NCBI GenBank assembly: GCA_949292335.1
Contig: CASEYY010000041.1
Span: 29,963 to 93,962, forward strand
Source of the DNA: an uncultured Pseudomonadota bacterium
GTDB taxonomy: Bacteria; Pseudomonadota; Alphaproteobacteria; RF32; CAG-239
Length of the DNA: 64,000 nt
Direction of reading: 5' to 3'
The position numbers were made by a program, and so were the translations under genes. This document shows, piece by piece, positions 48,527 to 58,703 of the stretch. Numbering within the stretch: the first letter of the stretch is position 1; each line of letters opens with the position of its first letter. The notes beneath the pieces are model-generated. The model ran no database searches. It saw only the letters and a program-made list of their open reading frames with translations, and was not told the origin of the DNA.

Positions 48527-51034
48527 ATGATGTCTAAAAAAAGTTCGTTATTCCTTTTAACCACAACCTTTTTTAGCTTGTGTTCAACAAGTGTTTTGGC
48601 TGACAACTATACTTCGGGAACATATGATGATTATATCGTACATACCGGATATCCTCAACTTGGTATAGCTCAAGATGCAACTGCCGATGGTACTATCGTT
48701 AATTCCGGCGGTAATTTTTCGGTTTTTGATAACGGTCATGTTACCAATACAACTGTCAATCAAGGCGGTAATTTCTATGTGGCTAATAATGGATTTTCTG
48801 ACGGAACAACCGTGAATGGCGGGGGATATGTCGAAGTGCAGGGTTCCGGAAATGCCAGTAATTTGACCGTGAGCGGGTCCGATATTACAAATACCGGACG
48901 AATTACCGTACAAGCCTTCGGAAATGTTGATAATGTAACTGTCAATGATAACGGTAATCTATATGTAAGCGGTGTCGCCACTGATGTAAACCAAAATGCC
49001 GGCTGGATTAATGTCCAGAACGGCGGCACAGTTAATAACCTTACTCTCAACAACGGCGAAACCTATTTGGAAACCGGCGGCATCATTAATAATATGGTGA
49101 TGTTCGACGGACAAGCCAGTGTTGCCAATAATTCTTCATTGTCGGGACTGACTATGACCGGCGGATCTATTACGTTGCATAATGCTTCAAATTTGGAAAA
49201 TGCTTCAATTTCTCAGGACGCCGTCGCGGATGTTTTCGGTAACGCAACTAATGTTACGGTAGATGACGGCGGTACATTAAATGGTAAGTTCGGCGCAACT
49301 ATTGAAAACTTAAATGCCGGAAACGGTGCTCTTATTGATTTGGAAAACGGCGTTGTCTTACAAGGAAATAATGTTTTCTCAAATCAGGCACAGATGGGCG
49401 GGTCTTTTGACTATATTACTTTTGCTCAAAATATTACCGGAAATATCACTTTGGAGGGCGGAATAAATTCTGCTTTGGGTATTAGTTTCGGAACTACTGC
49501 CGATGACACTTCCATTACCTTGAAAAATGGTGATTTTGACATTGGAACCGGAACCGTCGACATTATCGGTTTTGATAATATGTTTTTGTTGTCTGATAAC
49601 CCTGAAACTTATCCGACAACGGTTTTGTTGTCGGGTGATTTGGACTTAAATACCGACAGTAATGTAACTATAGGATCCGGCGTAACCGTTGAAACCGCCA
49701 GTCAGAACCTATCTATGACCGGTAATCTGTTTAATAACGGGGTGCTTGATATTTCTTCCACATCTGCCGATAATGATTTTACTATTGAAGGAAATTATAC
49801 TTCAAATAACGCTTTGTTGAAGCTAAATATTAATCCTGATGCAAGCTCCGCCGATGTCTTGACTATTGAAGGCGATGTACAAGGAACCACTAATGTTCAT
49901 TTGTTTGCAACTTCTAACAATATGAGTAAAGGTGAAATATTATTTGTTGACGCTCAAAATGATGATACTCACACCGCTTCTGATTTTAATATTTGGCGTG
50001 TGGACGGAAGCTCATATGCTTGGGATACCATCAATCGCGGAAATAAATGGTATGCTTATTCGACTAATGTGATGAGCGAAGTTGCCGCTTACGCCGGATT
50101 GTTAGAAAATGCTTTAATGCAAAATCATTCTTTGATTGCTGATTTGAGAAAAAATATTGCTCCAAATCATCTAAATGTCAGAACTTGTTTGCAAGAAACG
50201 CCTTTTTCAAAAGCTTTATATTGTAAGCCGGAAACCGCTCGCCTTTCTGCCTTTGTTTCTCCGGTATATTCAAAAGCAAATGTTGAATTCCCTTTGAGTT
50301 ACGAAGCAGAAATCAGCGGTGTCGATGCCGGCTTAGACCTTGTATCTGACGGAACTCACAAAGTTGGTATTATGGCTTCGGTAAGAGATGGTTCGTACGA
50401 ATTTAGCGGAAATTCCGATAAATATAACTTTAGCGGATCAGCAGAGACTTCTATCGACAGCTATTTGGCTGGAATATTCTACAGAATGGATAAAAATCAT
50501 CTGTCTACAGTGGCTGCTATATACGGAGAAGTGCTTAAAGCCGATTTCTCTTCAAATGATGGTGTAACCGCCGATACCGACGGACACATTGTCGGTGCAT
50601 CTCTTGATGTTTCGTATATTTTTAACGAAATTAAAGATATTTCAATCGAACCATCCTTGAGGATAACATACGAAATGCTTAATCTTGATGGCTTTACCGA
50701 TAATGCCGGAAAATCCGTGGATTATGACAAGCTGCACTATGTGGAAGTTGAGTTCGGTACCAAATTTGCTAAAAACATGATGTTTGATAATGGTGCTTTG
50801 GCTCAAATCTATTTCAAACCTTCTCTTATCCAAACTTTTAACTCGGTCAAAGATATACAACTCAGCGATGGTTTAGTCCTTGACGGAACTCAAAACCGTA
50901 CTTTAGGAAACTTAGAGATTGGTGCAAATTACCAGTTTAACACGGATTGGAGCTTTGGTGCTTTTGCTGATTATACCTTTGGTGACGAGTATAGCGAGTG
51001 GTCTGCATCACTAAACTTATTGTATCATTTCTGA
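48527..51034 (+). CDS. AIDA-I/Ag43-like autotransporter adhesin 2
   Basis: Signal peptide, TTVNxGG repeats, beta-barrel ending LLYHF; GGAGG RBS; paralog of autotransporter 1. Confidence 0.85.
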   Translation: MMSKKSSLFLLTTTFFSLCSTSVLADNYTSGTYDDYIVHTGYPQLGIAQDATADGTIVNSGGNFSVFDNGHVTNTTVNQGGNFYVANNGFSDGTTVNGGGYVEVQGSGNASNLTVSGSDITNTGRITVQAFGNVDNVTVNDNGNLYVSGVATDVNQNAGWINVQNGGTVNNLTLNNGETYLETGGIINNMVMFDGQASVANNSSLSGLTMTGGSITLHNASNLENASISQDAVADVFGNATNVTVDDGGTLNGKFGATIENLNAGNGALIDLENGVVLQGNNVFSNQAQMGGSFDYITFAQNITGNITLEGGINSALGISFGTTADDTSITLKNGDFDIGTGTVDIIGFDNMFLLSDNPETYPTTVLLSGDLDLNTDSNVTIGSGVTVETASQNLSMTGNLFNNGVLDISSTSADNDFTIEGNYTSNNALLKLNINPDASSADVLTIEGDVQGTTNVHLFATSNNMSKGEILFVDAQNDDTHTASDFNIWRVDGSSYAWDTINRGNKWYAYSTNVMSEVAAYAGLLENALMQNHSLIADLRKNIAPNHLNVRTCLQETPFSKALYCKPETARLSAFVSPVYSKANVEFPLSYEAEISGVDAGLDLVSDGTHKVGIMASVRDGSYEFSGNSDKYNFSGSAETSIDSYLAGIFYRMDKNHLSTVAAIYGEVLKADFSSNDGVTADTDGHIVGASLDVSYIFNEIKDISIEPSLRITYEMLNLDGFTDNAGKSVDYDKLHYVEVEFGTKFAKNMMFDNGALAQIYFKPSLIQTFNSVKDIQLSDGLVLDGTQNRTLGNLEIGANYQFNTDWSFGAFADYTFGDEYSEWSASLNLLYHF

Positions 51035-51036
51035 GT

Positions 51037-51735
51037 TTAGTCAACACTGTCAATCAACCGCTCTAAGTCTTCGCGTTCGGACTGGTGGTAGCCTACCTCT
51101 TCGCTGATTTTTGATACTTGTTTCTTTACGCTCTTTTTGATTTGCGGGCGGGCTAGTTTTTCAAAGAGTTCTGACGAGCTGTCTTTTTCTTCATCTTCTT
51201 TAGACGGCTCTTCGGCACTCAAAGCTTGAGTCTTCTCTTTTATCAAATCAAGAGTTTCTTGCGGTATCATCTCTTCTAATGGTTTGGCAAATGAACCGGC
51301 CAACTGATAGTATTTTGACTCGGTTAAAACCTCGGATTGCTTGTCTTCGGGAATAATCCAACTTACCATTATATTAAATAATATAACCAGCAAAAAAGCT
51401 CGCATAATGCCGAAAAATAAACCCAAGAATCTATCTAGTCCATTGAGCTTGCTGGTGCGAATTTTACCAACAATACTACTGGTCGAATAAATCCAAATGA
51501 TGAAAAATACTATAAAGATGATTAATGTGGTCAGAATACCAGCTAAAAGCCCACTGGATACAAATTTTTGAGTTAGCGGCAGAAATACCGGCAACAGGTA
51601 AATTATTGATGCGGTGGCTAAAACCCAGCCTACTATCGATAAAACTTCTTTTATTAATCCCCTGTTTAATGCTATCAATGCGGATATAGCAACAATTATC
51701 AGTATGATCACATCTAAATTATTCAGTTGGTACAT
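51037..51735 (-). CDS. cvpA: CvpA family membrane protein
   Basis: RGLIKEVLS, LDRFLGLFFGIMRA; downstream of radA. Confidence 0.85.
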   Translation of the reverse strand: MYQLNNLDVIILIIVAISALIALNRGLIKEVLSIVGWVLATASIIYLLPVFLPLTQKFVSSGLLAGILTTLIIFIVFFIIWIYSTSSIVGKIRTSKLNGLDRFLGLFFGIMRAFLLVILFNIMVSWIIPEDKQSEVLTESKYYQLAGSFAKPLEEMIPQETLDLIKEKTQALSAEEPSKEDEEKDSSSELFEKLARPQIKKSVKKQVSKISEEVGYHQSEREDLERLIDSVD

Positions 51736-51744
51736 CTCTAAGCC

Positions 51745-53118
51745 CTAATTAAGTAAATTTATTAATCTTTGAACATTTCCCATTTCGTGCAAATCCATTT
51801 CAACCGAGTATTTTTTATCGGTTGAGCGGCCTTGCGGAATTATGGCACTGTGAAAACCGAGTTTTTTGGCCTCTTTTAGCCTTAGTGATGGTTGTGAGAC
51901 CGCCCTAATCTCCCCTGACAAACCAATCTCGCCAAAAACAACCATATCGGCAGGTAAGGTCTTTTTGTTTAGTGATGATATTACAGCCAAAGCAACCGCC
52001 AAATCAGCTGCCGGTTCCGATATTCTTAAACCACCGGCAATATTTAGGTAAACATCTTGAGAGCTTAAATTCATTCCGCAACGAGCATCCAGAACAGCTA
52101 AAACCATGGCCAAGCGGTTGGAATCCCAGCCTACGACTGCTCTTTTGGGACTGGCATAACTGGTAGGGCTGACAAGTGCTTGTATTTCTACTAAAACCGG
52201 CCTTGACCCCTCTATACCGGCAAAAACGCAAGAACCATAAACATTGCCTTGCCTTTCGGCCAAAAACAATGCCGAAGGATTGGCAACCTCGACCAAACCC
52301 TTATCTTGCATTTCGAAAACACCTATTTCATCGGTAGCACCATAACGATTTTTAACGGCACGCAAAATGCGGAAATGATGTCCCCTCTCGCCTTCAAAAT
52401 ATAATACCGTATCAACCATGTGTTCCAAAACTCTGGGACCGGCAATCTCCCCTTGTTTGGTTACATGGCCTACCAAGAACAGTGTAAACCCCTTGCGTTT
52501 GGCCAGTTTTATCAATTCGTAACTACAGGCTCTGACTTGAGTTACGCTGCCGGGGGTTGATTCAACTTCATCTAAGAACATGGTTTGGATGGAATCGATT
52601 ATTACCACAGCAGCATTTGATTTTTCAAGCGTAGTTATAATATCCTTTATCTCAGTACTGGAAGCTAAATTTACCGGGGACTTTTCCAATCCCAGTCTTT
52701 TGGCTCTTAATCTGACCTGATCAACCGCCTCCTCTCCGGAGATATAATAAACTTCTGGCTGAGATGGTAAATCGGCAACTTTGGCACATACTTGCAAAAG
52801 CAGGGTGGACTTACCTATTCCGGGGTCGCCGCCGACTAGTATTACCGAGCCTGCTACCAAGCCGCCGCCGCAAACTCTGTCAAGCTCTTTAATGCCGGTA
52901 GAAAGCCTGTCAAGCTGTTCTTGAGCCCCGCTTAAAGCAAAAAATTCTATCTCCCTGCCCTTGCTTTTGCGAGGGTTAAAATTGGAAAAACCGCCGCCGC
53001 CGATTATTTCTTCAACAATGGTATTCCATTCACCGCAAGTGTCACACTTTCCTTGCCATTTGGGATAAACGGCTCCGCAATTTTGACAAACATATTGCCT
53101 AAGTTCTTTTTTTACCAA
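51745..53118 (-). CDS. radA: DNA repair protein RadA/Sms
   Basis: CQNCG...CDTC, GGDPGIGKST, KNRYG, EPAADL. Confidence 0.97.
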   Translation of the reverse strand: MVKKELRQYVCQNCGAVYPKWQGKCDTCGEWNTIVEEIIGGGGFSNFNPRKSKGREIEFFALSGAQEQLDRLSTGIKELDRVCGGGLVAGSVILVGGDPGIGKSTLLLQVCAKVADLPSQPEVYYISGEEAVDQVRLRAKRLGLEKSPVNLASSTEIKDIITTLEKSNAAVVIIDSIQTMFLDEVESTPGSVTQVRACSYELIKLAKRKGFTLFLVGHVTKQGEIAGPRVLEHMVDTVLYFEGERGHHFRILRAVKNRYGATDEIGVFEMQDKGLVEVANPSALFLAERQGNVYGSCVFAGIEGSRPVLVEIQALVSPTSYASPKRAVVGWDSNRLAMVLAVLDARCGMNLSSQDVYLNIAGGLRISEPAADLAVALAVISSLNKKTLPADMVVFGEIGLSGEIRAVSQPSLRLKEAKKLGFHSAIIPQGRSTDKKYSVEMDLHEMGNVQRLINLLN

Positions 53119-53120
53119 AG

Positions 53121-53894
53121 TTAAACTCCCGTTTTTATCGGTCCTTGCGAGCGACCGTTAATAAATTGAACAACATAGGGATTATCGGTTTTATCCAAAT
53201 CTTTCACCGTTCCTTGCCATATGATTTCACCCTTATATAGCATGGCGACGCGATCGGCGATTTTGCGAGCCGAGGCCATGTCGTGCGTGATGGTCAATGC
53301 CGTGGCTCCCAACCCTTTTACGGATTCAACTATCAAGTCATTAATTACATCGGCCATTATCGGGTCAAGACCGGTTGTCGGCTCGTCAAAAAAGATTATC
53401 TCCGGACGCGAAATTATGGCTCTGGCCAAGCCTACGCGTTTTTGCATACCGCCGGATAATTCTGCCGGTGATAAGTCGGCAACATCGGGGTCAAGACCAA
53501 CCGAACGCAAAACTCTTATAGCTTCGTTACGAGCGTCTTTTTTGTTATACCCTTTGTTTTCTAACAAATCAAAAGCAACATTTTCCCAAACACTCAAACT
53601 GTCAAATAAGGCTCCGCCCTGAAAGAGCATACCCATTTTGGAGTGCAAGGCTTCTTTGTCTTTTTCATCAATACCAACAACTTCTTGGTCATCAACCAGT
53701 ATGGAGCCGTCTTCAGGTGTTAAAAGACCTTGAATACACTTTATCAAAACCGATTTTCCGGTACCAGAACCTCCGATAACAACCAGAGATTCTCCTTTGC
53801 AAACATCAAGGTTGAGGTTGCGTAAAACAATCTTTTTACCAAATGATTTATTTACATTTCTTAATTTTATTTTTACTTCGGACATTTGGCTCAC
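53121..53894 (-). CDS. mlaF: MlaF-like ABC ATP-binding protein
   Basis: GGSGTGKS, FQGGALFDS, LSGGMQKR, DEPTTGLDP. Confidence 0.85.
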   Translation of the reverse strand: MSQMSEVKIKLRNVNKSFGKKIVLRNLNLDVCKGESLVVIGGSGTGKSVLIKCIQGLLTPEDGSILVDDQEVVGIDEKDKEALHSKMGMLFQGGALFDSLSVWENVAFDLLENKGYNKKDARNEAIRVLRSVGLDPDVADLSPAELSGGMQKRVGLARAIISRPEIIFFDEPTTGLDPIMADVINDLIVESVKGLGATALTITHDMASARKIADRVAMLYKGEIIWQGTVKDLDKTDNPYVVQFINGRSQGPIKTGV

Positions 53895-53897
53895 CTT

Positions 53898-54692
53898 TTA
53901 TCTGGAAAAAAATAGTTCGGTTACGATATAGTTGAATATCAAAATTAAAATGGAAGATGATACCACCGCATTGGTTGTGGCCTCACCAACTCCTTGAGCT
54001 CCACCCTTGGATTTATAGCCGTTATAACAACCCATCAATGAAATTATAAAGCCAAAAACCGCTGCTTTTACCACACCGGTAGTGATGTCCAGAGCTTGCA
54101 GTTCATCTAAAGTGGCGTTGATGTAGTTGGCTGGGTTGAAGCCTAACTTGTAGACCCCGACTACATAACCACCGAAAATTCCTATGACATCACCAATTAA
54201 TACCAAAATAGGCATTACAACCAAACCGGCCCAAATTCTCGGCGAAACCAAATATTTGAACGGGTTGGTCGAAAGAGTAGTTAGAGCATCTATCTGCTCG
54301 GTAACACGCATGGTACCAATCTCTGCTGCCATGGCTGCACCGATACGACCGGCAACCATTAATGCCGATAAAACCGGAGCCAATTCCCTTGTTACGGATA
54401 TTAATACAACACTGGCAACCATGCTTTCGGCTCCGACAGAGGCAAAACCTGAGTAACTTTGCAGGGCAATAACCATACCGGCAAAAATAGTGGTCAGCCC
54501 TACAACCGGCAAAGAATAAAAGCCCATATCTATAACTTGTCTGGTAAAGTTACGCCAATAAAACGGCGGGGTAAAACAGTTGTAAACCGTTTGGCTGATA
54601 AAGATAAAAAGCTCGCCGACCTTAAAGATAAAGTTTACCAACGGCTTGCCCTGGCGACGCAAAAATTTTTCGATTTTTATTAAGATAATCAT
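53898..54692 (-). CDS. mlaE: MlaE-like ABC permease
   Basis: RELAPV, AEIGTMRVTEQIDAL, GGAQGVGEATT. Confidence 0.88.
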   Translation of the reverse strand: MIILIKIEKFLRRQGKPLVNFIFKVGELFIFISQTVYNCFTPPFYWRNFTRQVIDMGFYSLPVVGLTTIFAGMVIALQSYSGFASVGAESMVASVVLISVTRELAPVLSALMVAGRIGAAMAAEIGTMRVTEQIDALTTLSTNPFKYLVSPRIWAGLVVMPILVLIGDVIGIFGGYVVGVYKLGFNPANYINATLDELQALDITTGVVKAAVFGFIISLMGCYNGYKSKGGAQGVGEATTNAVVSSSILILIFNYIVTELFFSR

Positions 54693-54776
54693 GCTAATTT
54701 CCTGATATTGAAACTAAAAATTTGCATGTATATTAATACTCGGCTTCCAATTAATCAACCGAGATTTACCAAATCC

Positions 54777-55184
54777 TCACAGCAAACTTAATCCGGCTAA
54801 AATTTTAGCCGGTGCGGAATGTTCTTGCGGGTTTATACTTATCTGCGGCATTTTTATACCGTCAAAATCGTAAAATTCTTTTTCCGGAAGACGTTCAATT
54901 TTTTGATTGGTAAGTTTGACAACCATATCTACTTTGCTTTTGCGGCGGTATTTTAGCTTTATAATACCTATTCCTCTTACCTCAAGCAGACCGGCTAAAA
55001 CTTGCGGCACGGATGCGTATACGCTTTGCTGTTTGATGGTTATATCAACGCGGTCATCGGCAACCAAAACCGCACCGTAATCATATATCAGCCTTAGGCA
55101 CATTTCCGATTTGCCGAAACCGGAATCTCCCAGCAATAAAATTCCTTTTCCTTTGAAATTTACGCAAGAAGCATGAATGTTCAT
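54777..55184 (-). CDS. HPr kinase/phosphorylase, short alphaproteobacterial type
   Basis: HASCV, GDSGFGKS, LVADD, LLEVRGIGI. Confidence 0.85.
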   Translation of the reverse strand: MNIHASCVNFKGKGILLLGDSGFGKSEMCLRLIYDYGAVLVADDRVDITIKQQSVYASVPQVLAGLLEVRGIGIIKLKYRRKSKVDMVVKLTNQKIERLPEKEFYDFDGIKMPQISINPQEHSAPAKILAGLSLL

Positions 55185-55645
55185 TTTATTTGTTCCAGAC
55201 GGTTGTTTTTGCTTGTGGAATCGCTACTTATGCTAATTATTCGTTGGTCGCCGTCAGCGGAAAATTCAACCCGAAAAATATCTCGCGGTAACCATGAACC
55301 GGCTTTTTCCGGCCACTCAATCAAGCATACCCCGCCATAAACCGCTTCTTCAAAACCAAGCTCAAAAACTTCATCAGGTGCTTTTAGGCGGTATAAATCA
55401 AAATGGTATATTACAAAATCCGGAGCATCATATTCTTGGACTAATGTAAAAGTCGGGCTAGGCACCTCTTCGGCCTGACAAAGTGTTTGGATAAACCCTC
55501 GGGCAAAAACACTTTTTCCCATGCCCAGCGTCCCGTACAAAGCAAAAACATCTCCTTTTTCGGCAACTTTTGCTATTTGAGCAGCAAGGGATATTGTTTC
55601 CGTTTCGGTTTTAGATATAAAGGTTTTCTTCATTTCACTACTCAA
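55181..55645 (-). CDS. tsaE: tRNA t6A biosynthesis ATPase TsaE
   Basis: GTLGMGKS, VPSPTFTLV, HFDLYRL, IEWP. Confidence 0.93.
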   Translation of the reverse strand: MSSEMKKTFISKTETETISLAAQIAKVAEKGDVFALYGTLGMGKSVFARGFIQTLCQAEEVPSPTFTLVQEYDAPDFVIYHFDLYRLKAPDEVFELGFEEAVYGGVCLIEWPEKAGSWLPRDIFRVEFSADGDQRIISISSDSTSKNNRLEQIK

Positions 55646-56609
55646 ACGGATTAAACCAAACTTTGCGACGACCGCTGTTACTCTTTTTGTTTATTATCTT
55701 AACATTGGCTTTACGTGCTTGAATTTTTTCCCAATCCCAAGGCATATAAAATTCGCCTTGCCACAGACCACGGCGGTTGGCTACGGCTTGCTCTTGATAC
55801 GGTAAATATATTTTGGTTTGTCTGGTATCGGCAACCGCCCAACCGGAATTTACCAGAGCCGCTCCGATATCATAGGGGCCTAACATACATACACCGTAGG
55901 CGTTGCCTCGGTCGTCTTCAGATAAAATATGACATTTTACATCATTGTCAGCCAGCCAGTTACTTAACCATGATATTGACTGCTGTCCGCATTTGTAGCC
56001 CTTGCCAGAAGAATCGGCACAAGTTTGTGATTTGTAGGGCGCGGCAACGCCATAGAGTTTAATTGCTCGACCGCCAAGAGCCAAAGTATCACCGTTAATG
56101 ACTCTGGTAACCCCTATGGTGTAAGGATAATTAAGCGGGTTAAATTCGTTGCTCTTTTTCTTCTTTTTCTCGGCTTTGGGCTGCAAAATATCGCCCATGT
56201 TTTCGCTGATTATGGGGTGCATATCTTCACCCACCAAATTTACCGTTCCGGTTTCTTCAAACTTAACTTCTTTTTCGGGCTCAACATTTGCATTGGCTAT
56301 AACCTCCGATGATGTCTTTACCCCTTGCCCCAAAAAGGTTTTGATATTATCACTTATGCCCCATATTCCGTCTTTTAAGGCTCCGATGGCATAGAGAATG
56401 AAAAATACTACCGCCAGTAAAACTATTAATGAAGGCAAACATCCTATGGCTCGCCAGGCCATTTTGGCAAAAATGTAGAGAACCACAAGACCTATGATTA
56501 GTCCCAAAAAGCCGCCGCCTTGTAATAATGTATTATCACTCTGCGTTCCGGCTCCGCCGGCAAAAATAAGAAACATTGCAGCTGTTCCGAAAAGTATTTT
56601 CTTAATCAT
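55638..56609 (-). CDS. Membrane-anchored thermonuclease (SNase)-like protein
   Basis: N-terminal TM helices; VINGDTL, QTC, LVNSGWA, RRGLWQG, PWDW. Confidence 0.75.
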   Translation of the reverse strand: MIKKILFGTAAMFLIFAGGAGTQSDNTLLQGGGFLGLIIGLVVLYIFAKMAWRAIGCLPSLIVLLAVVFFILYAIGALKDGIWGISDNIKTFLGQGVKTSSEVIANANVEPEKEVKFEETGTVNLVGEDMHPIISENMGDILQPKAEKKKKKSNEFNPLNYPYTIGVTRVINGDTLALGGRAIKLYGVAAPYKSQTCADSSGKGYKCGQQSISWLSNWLADNDVKCHILSEDDRGNAYGVCMLGPYDIGAALVNSGWAVADTRQTKIYLPYQEQAVANRRGLWQGEFYMPWDWEKIQARKANVKIINKKSNSGRRKVWFNPFE

Positions 56610-56689
56610 TATGTTGCCCTCTTCTTTGCTCGTTTTTATCCGCTGTTCAAATCTTATTTTATATTAGGTAAAAATAATGTAAATGGCAA

Positions 56690-56716
56690 TAAAAAAGGCT
56701 TCTTGAGTGAAGCCTT
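56690..56716 (-). terminator. Terminator after the parAB/FTR-like operon
   Basis: AAGGCTTC-loop-GAAGCCTT with an A run on the plus strand. Confidence 0.7.
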
Positions 56717-56727
56717 AATTTTTGTTT

Positions 56728-56955
56728 TTATTTTTTGCAATAGCAGTGGCAGTGGCACTCCCCGTCGCGTTCAATATCGGCCCTACAGGTTTCGGAGATA
56801 CAATATCTTTTGGGATTTTGACCATCACAGGGACATCTTTGCCACTCTTCGTCACCAAACATCATTTGCTTGGCACGGGCAATTTTTTCAACATTTTTTG
56901 TGGTGCCGTATCCGGCCTTAGCACAAGTATCCAGCATTTTTTCCAAAATAGTCAT
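56728..56955 (-). CDS. Small ferredoxin:thioredoxin reductase catalytic-subunit-like protein
   Basis: CPC...Cx4C...DI..DGECHC; AAGGA RBS 15 bp after parB. Confidence 0.7.
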   Translation of the reverse strand: MTILEKMLDTCAKAGYGTTKNVEKIARAKQMMFGDEEWQRCPCDGQNPKRYCISETCRADIERDGECHCHCYCKK

Positions 56956-56970
56956 TTTTTATCCTTTCTT

Positions 56971-57930
56971 TTATTCTACAAATTTGATTGAAAATTTTTC
57001 ATTGGAAGCTTCCGGAGCTTTAAATACAGTGTTTTGAATGTTTAATTCCGCTGATTTTTTCTGTTCCAATATGTTAATAATCATATCAAGCTCGGCAACA
57101 GAAGCATATTGCAAGACAACCTTGCCGCCACCTTGCTTGTTGGGAGTTATTTTTATGCGTAAACCTAAATTTTTGTTTAAGTTTTGCTCTATATCCAAAA
57201 TATCTCCGTTTTTTTGCAGGCGAGGTTTTTTGGTGTTAGTGGCAGGAGCCTCTTTTTGTTTGGCAACTAAAGCCTCGGTATCACGAACATTTAAATCTTC
57301 TTTGATTATTTTTTCGGCCAATGCTTCGGCATTGTCAAGTCCGACCAAACAACGAGCATGTCCGGCAGAAAGTTTGCCTTGACTTACCATTTCCTGAACT
57401 TTTTCCGGCAGGCTTAAAAGTCTTAGCGTATTGGCAACATAACTGCGAGACTTACCAACTGTTGAGGCGATTTTTTCTTGAGTATGTGAAAAATTGTCTA
57501 TCAGCTTTTGATAGGCGTTTGCTTCTTCTATGGCTGACAGGTTTTCACGCAAGAGGTTTTCGATAAGAGCTATTTCCAGAACTTCGTTGTCGGAAAGCTC
57601 TTTAATAATTACCGGTACTTCGGTTAATCCGGCAATTTTGGAGGCTCTTAATCTTCTTTCGCCGGCAATAAGTTCGTATCCTTCTGCGGTTTTGCGAACG
57701 ATGAGCGGTTGCAACACCCCTTTTTCCTTGATGGAAGCGGCTAAGGCGTTTATCGCGTCTTCATCAAAGTCTTTACGCGGTTGGAAATTACTAATGTGAA
57801 TGTCATTAACATTTACATTGTTATCTGCTTTTTGATATGAAGTTTCGCTGTTAACGATATCCTCGTTCATTTCACCGAGCAGGGCTTCGAGTCCGCGACC
57901 TAAACTCTTTTTTTTGTTTTCTTCTAGCAT
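56971..57930 (-). CDS. parB: Chromosome partitioning protein ParB
   Basis: LGRGLEAL, QPRKDF, IAGERRLRA, ENLLRENL, GKSRSYVAN; start re-called to the ATG at 57930. Confidence 0.96.
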   Translation of the reverse strand: MLEENKKKSLGRGLEALLGEMNEDIVNSETSYQKADNNVNVNDIHISNFQPRKDFDEDAINALAASIKEKGVLQPLIVRKTAEGYELIAGERRLRASKIAGLTEVPVIIKELSDNEVLEIALIENLLRENLSAIEEANAYQKLIDNFSHTQEKIASTVGKSRSYVANTLRLLSLPEKVQEMVSQGKLSAGHARCLVGLDNAEALAEKIIKEDLNVRDTEALVAKQKEAPATNTKKPRLQKNGDILDIEQNLNKNLGLRIKITPNKQGGGKVVLQYASVAELDMIINILEQKKSAELNIQNTVFKAPEASNEKFSIKFVE

Positions 57931-58703
57931 GCGATTAACTCTCTTTCTCTTTTCAATACTTCTTTGGTAAGGCCGATGTAAGCTTGGGAGCCCGGACATT
58001 TGAAATCATAAATCAAAACGGGTTTACCGTGTGAGGGGGCTTCTGATATACGAACATTGCGCGGAATTACAGTATCATACACCTTTTTACCAAAAAAGTT
58101 TCTGACATCATCTTCAACCATTTGAGTTAAGTTGTTGCGTTTGTCATACATGGTGAGGACAACACCTTGCAAAACCAGTGAAGGGTTGAAGTTTTTCTTA
58201 ATGACATTTATGTTGCGGATCAGGTCAGAAATGCCTTCAAGGGCTAAAAATTCGCATTGTAACGGAACGATAACAGCATCGGCAGCAACCAAAGCATTAA
58301 CGGTTATAAGACTTAATGACGGCGGACAGTCTATGAGAATGTAGTCATAGTTTACCGCTTCTTTGCCCAAAGCCTTTTTGAGAGAAAATTCGCGTTTTTC
58401 GACATCAACTAATTCTATTTCGGCGGCAGCCAAATCAGGTGATGACGGGACTATCGAAAAATTGGGTATTTCGGTCCAAACTACGGCGTCGGTGAGACGG
58501 CGAGTACCCAGCAAGACATCATATGAAGACGGCATACTGCCTTTTTTATCAACTCCCATGGAAGTTGAGGCGTTGCCTTGCGGGTCGAGGTCGATTACCA
58601 AAACCTTTTTTCCGGCCGCCGCCATGGCTGTGGCTACATTGACCGTGGTTGTGGTTTTGCCGACGCCGCCTTTGCGGTTGGCAACAGCTAAAATTCTTGG
58701 CAT
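57924..58703 (-). CDS. parA: Chromosome partitioning ATPase ParA
   Basis: KGGVGKTT, DLDPQGN, DCPPS, EAPSHG. Confidence 0.96.
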   Translation of the reverse strand: MPRILAVANRKGGVGKTTTTVNVATAMAAAGKKVLVIDLDPQGNASTSMGVDKKGSMPSSYDVLLGTRRLTDAVVWTEIPNFSIVPSSPDLAAAEIELVDVEKREFSLKKALGKEAVNYDYILIDCPPSLSLITVNALVAADAVIVPLQCEFLALEGISDLIRNINVIKKNFNPSLVLQGVVLTMYDKRNNLTQMVEDDVRNFFGKKVYDTVIPRNVRISEAPSHGKPVLIYDFKCPGSQAYIGLTKEVLKRERELIAC

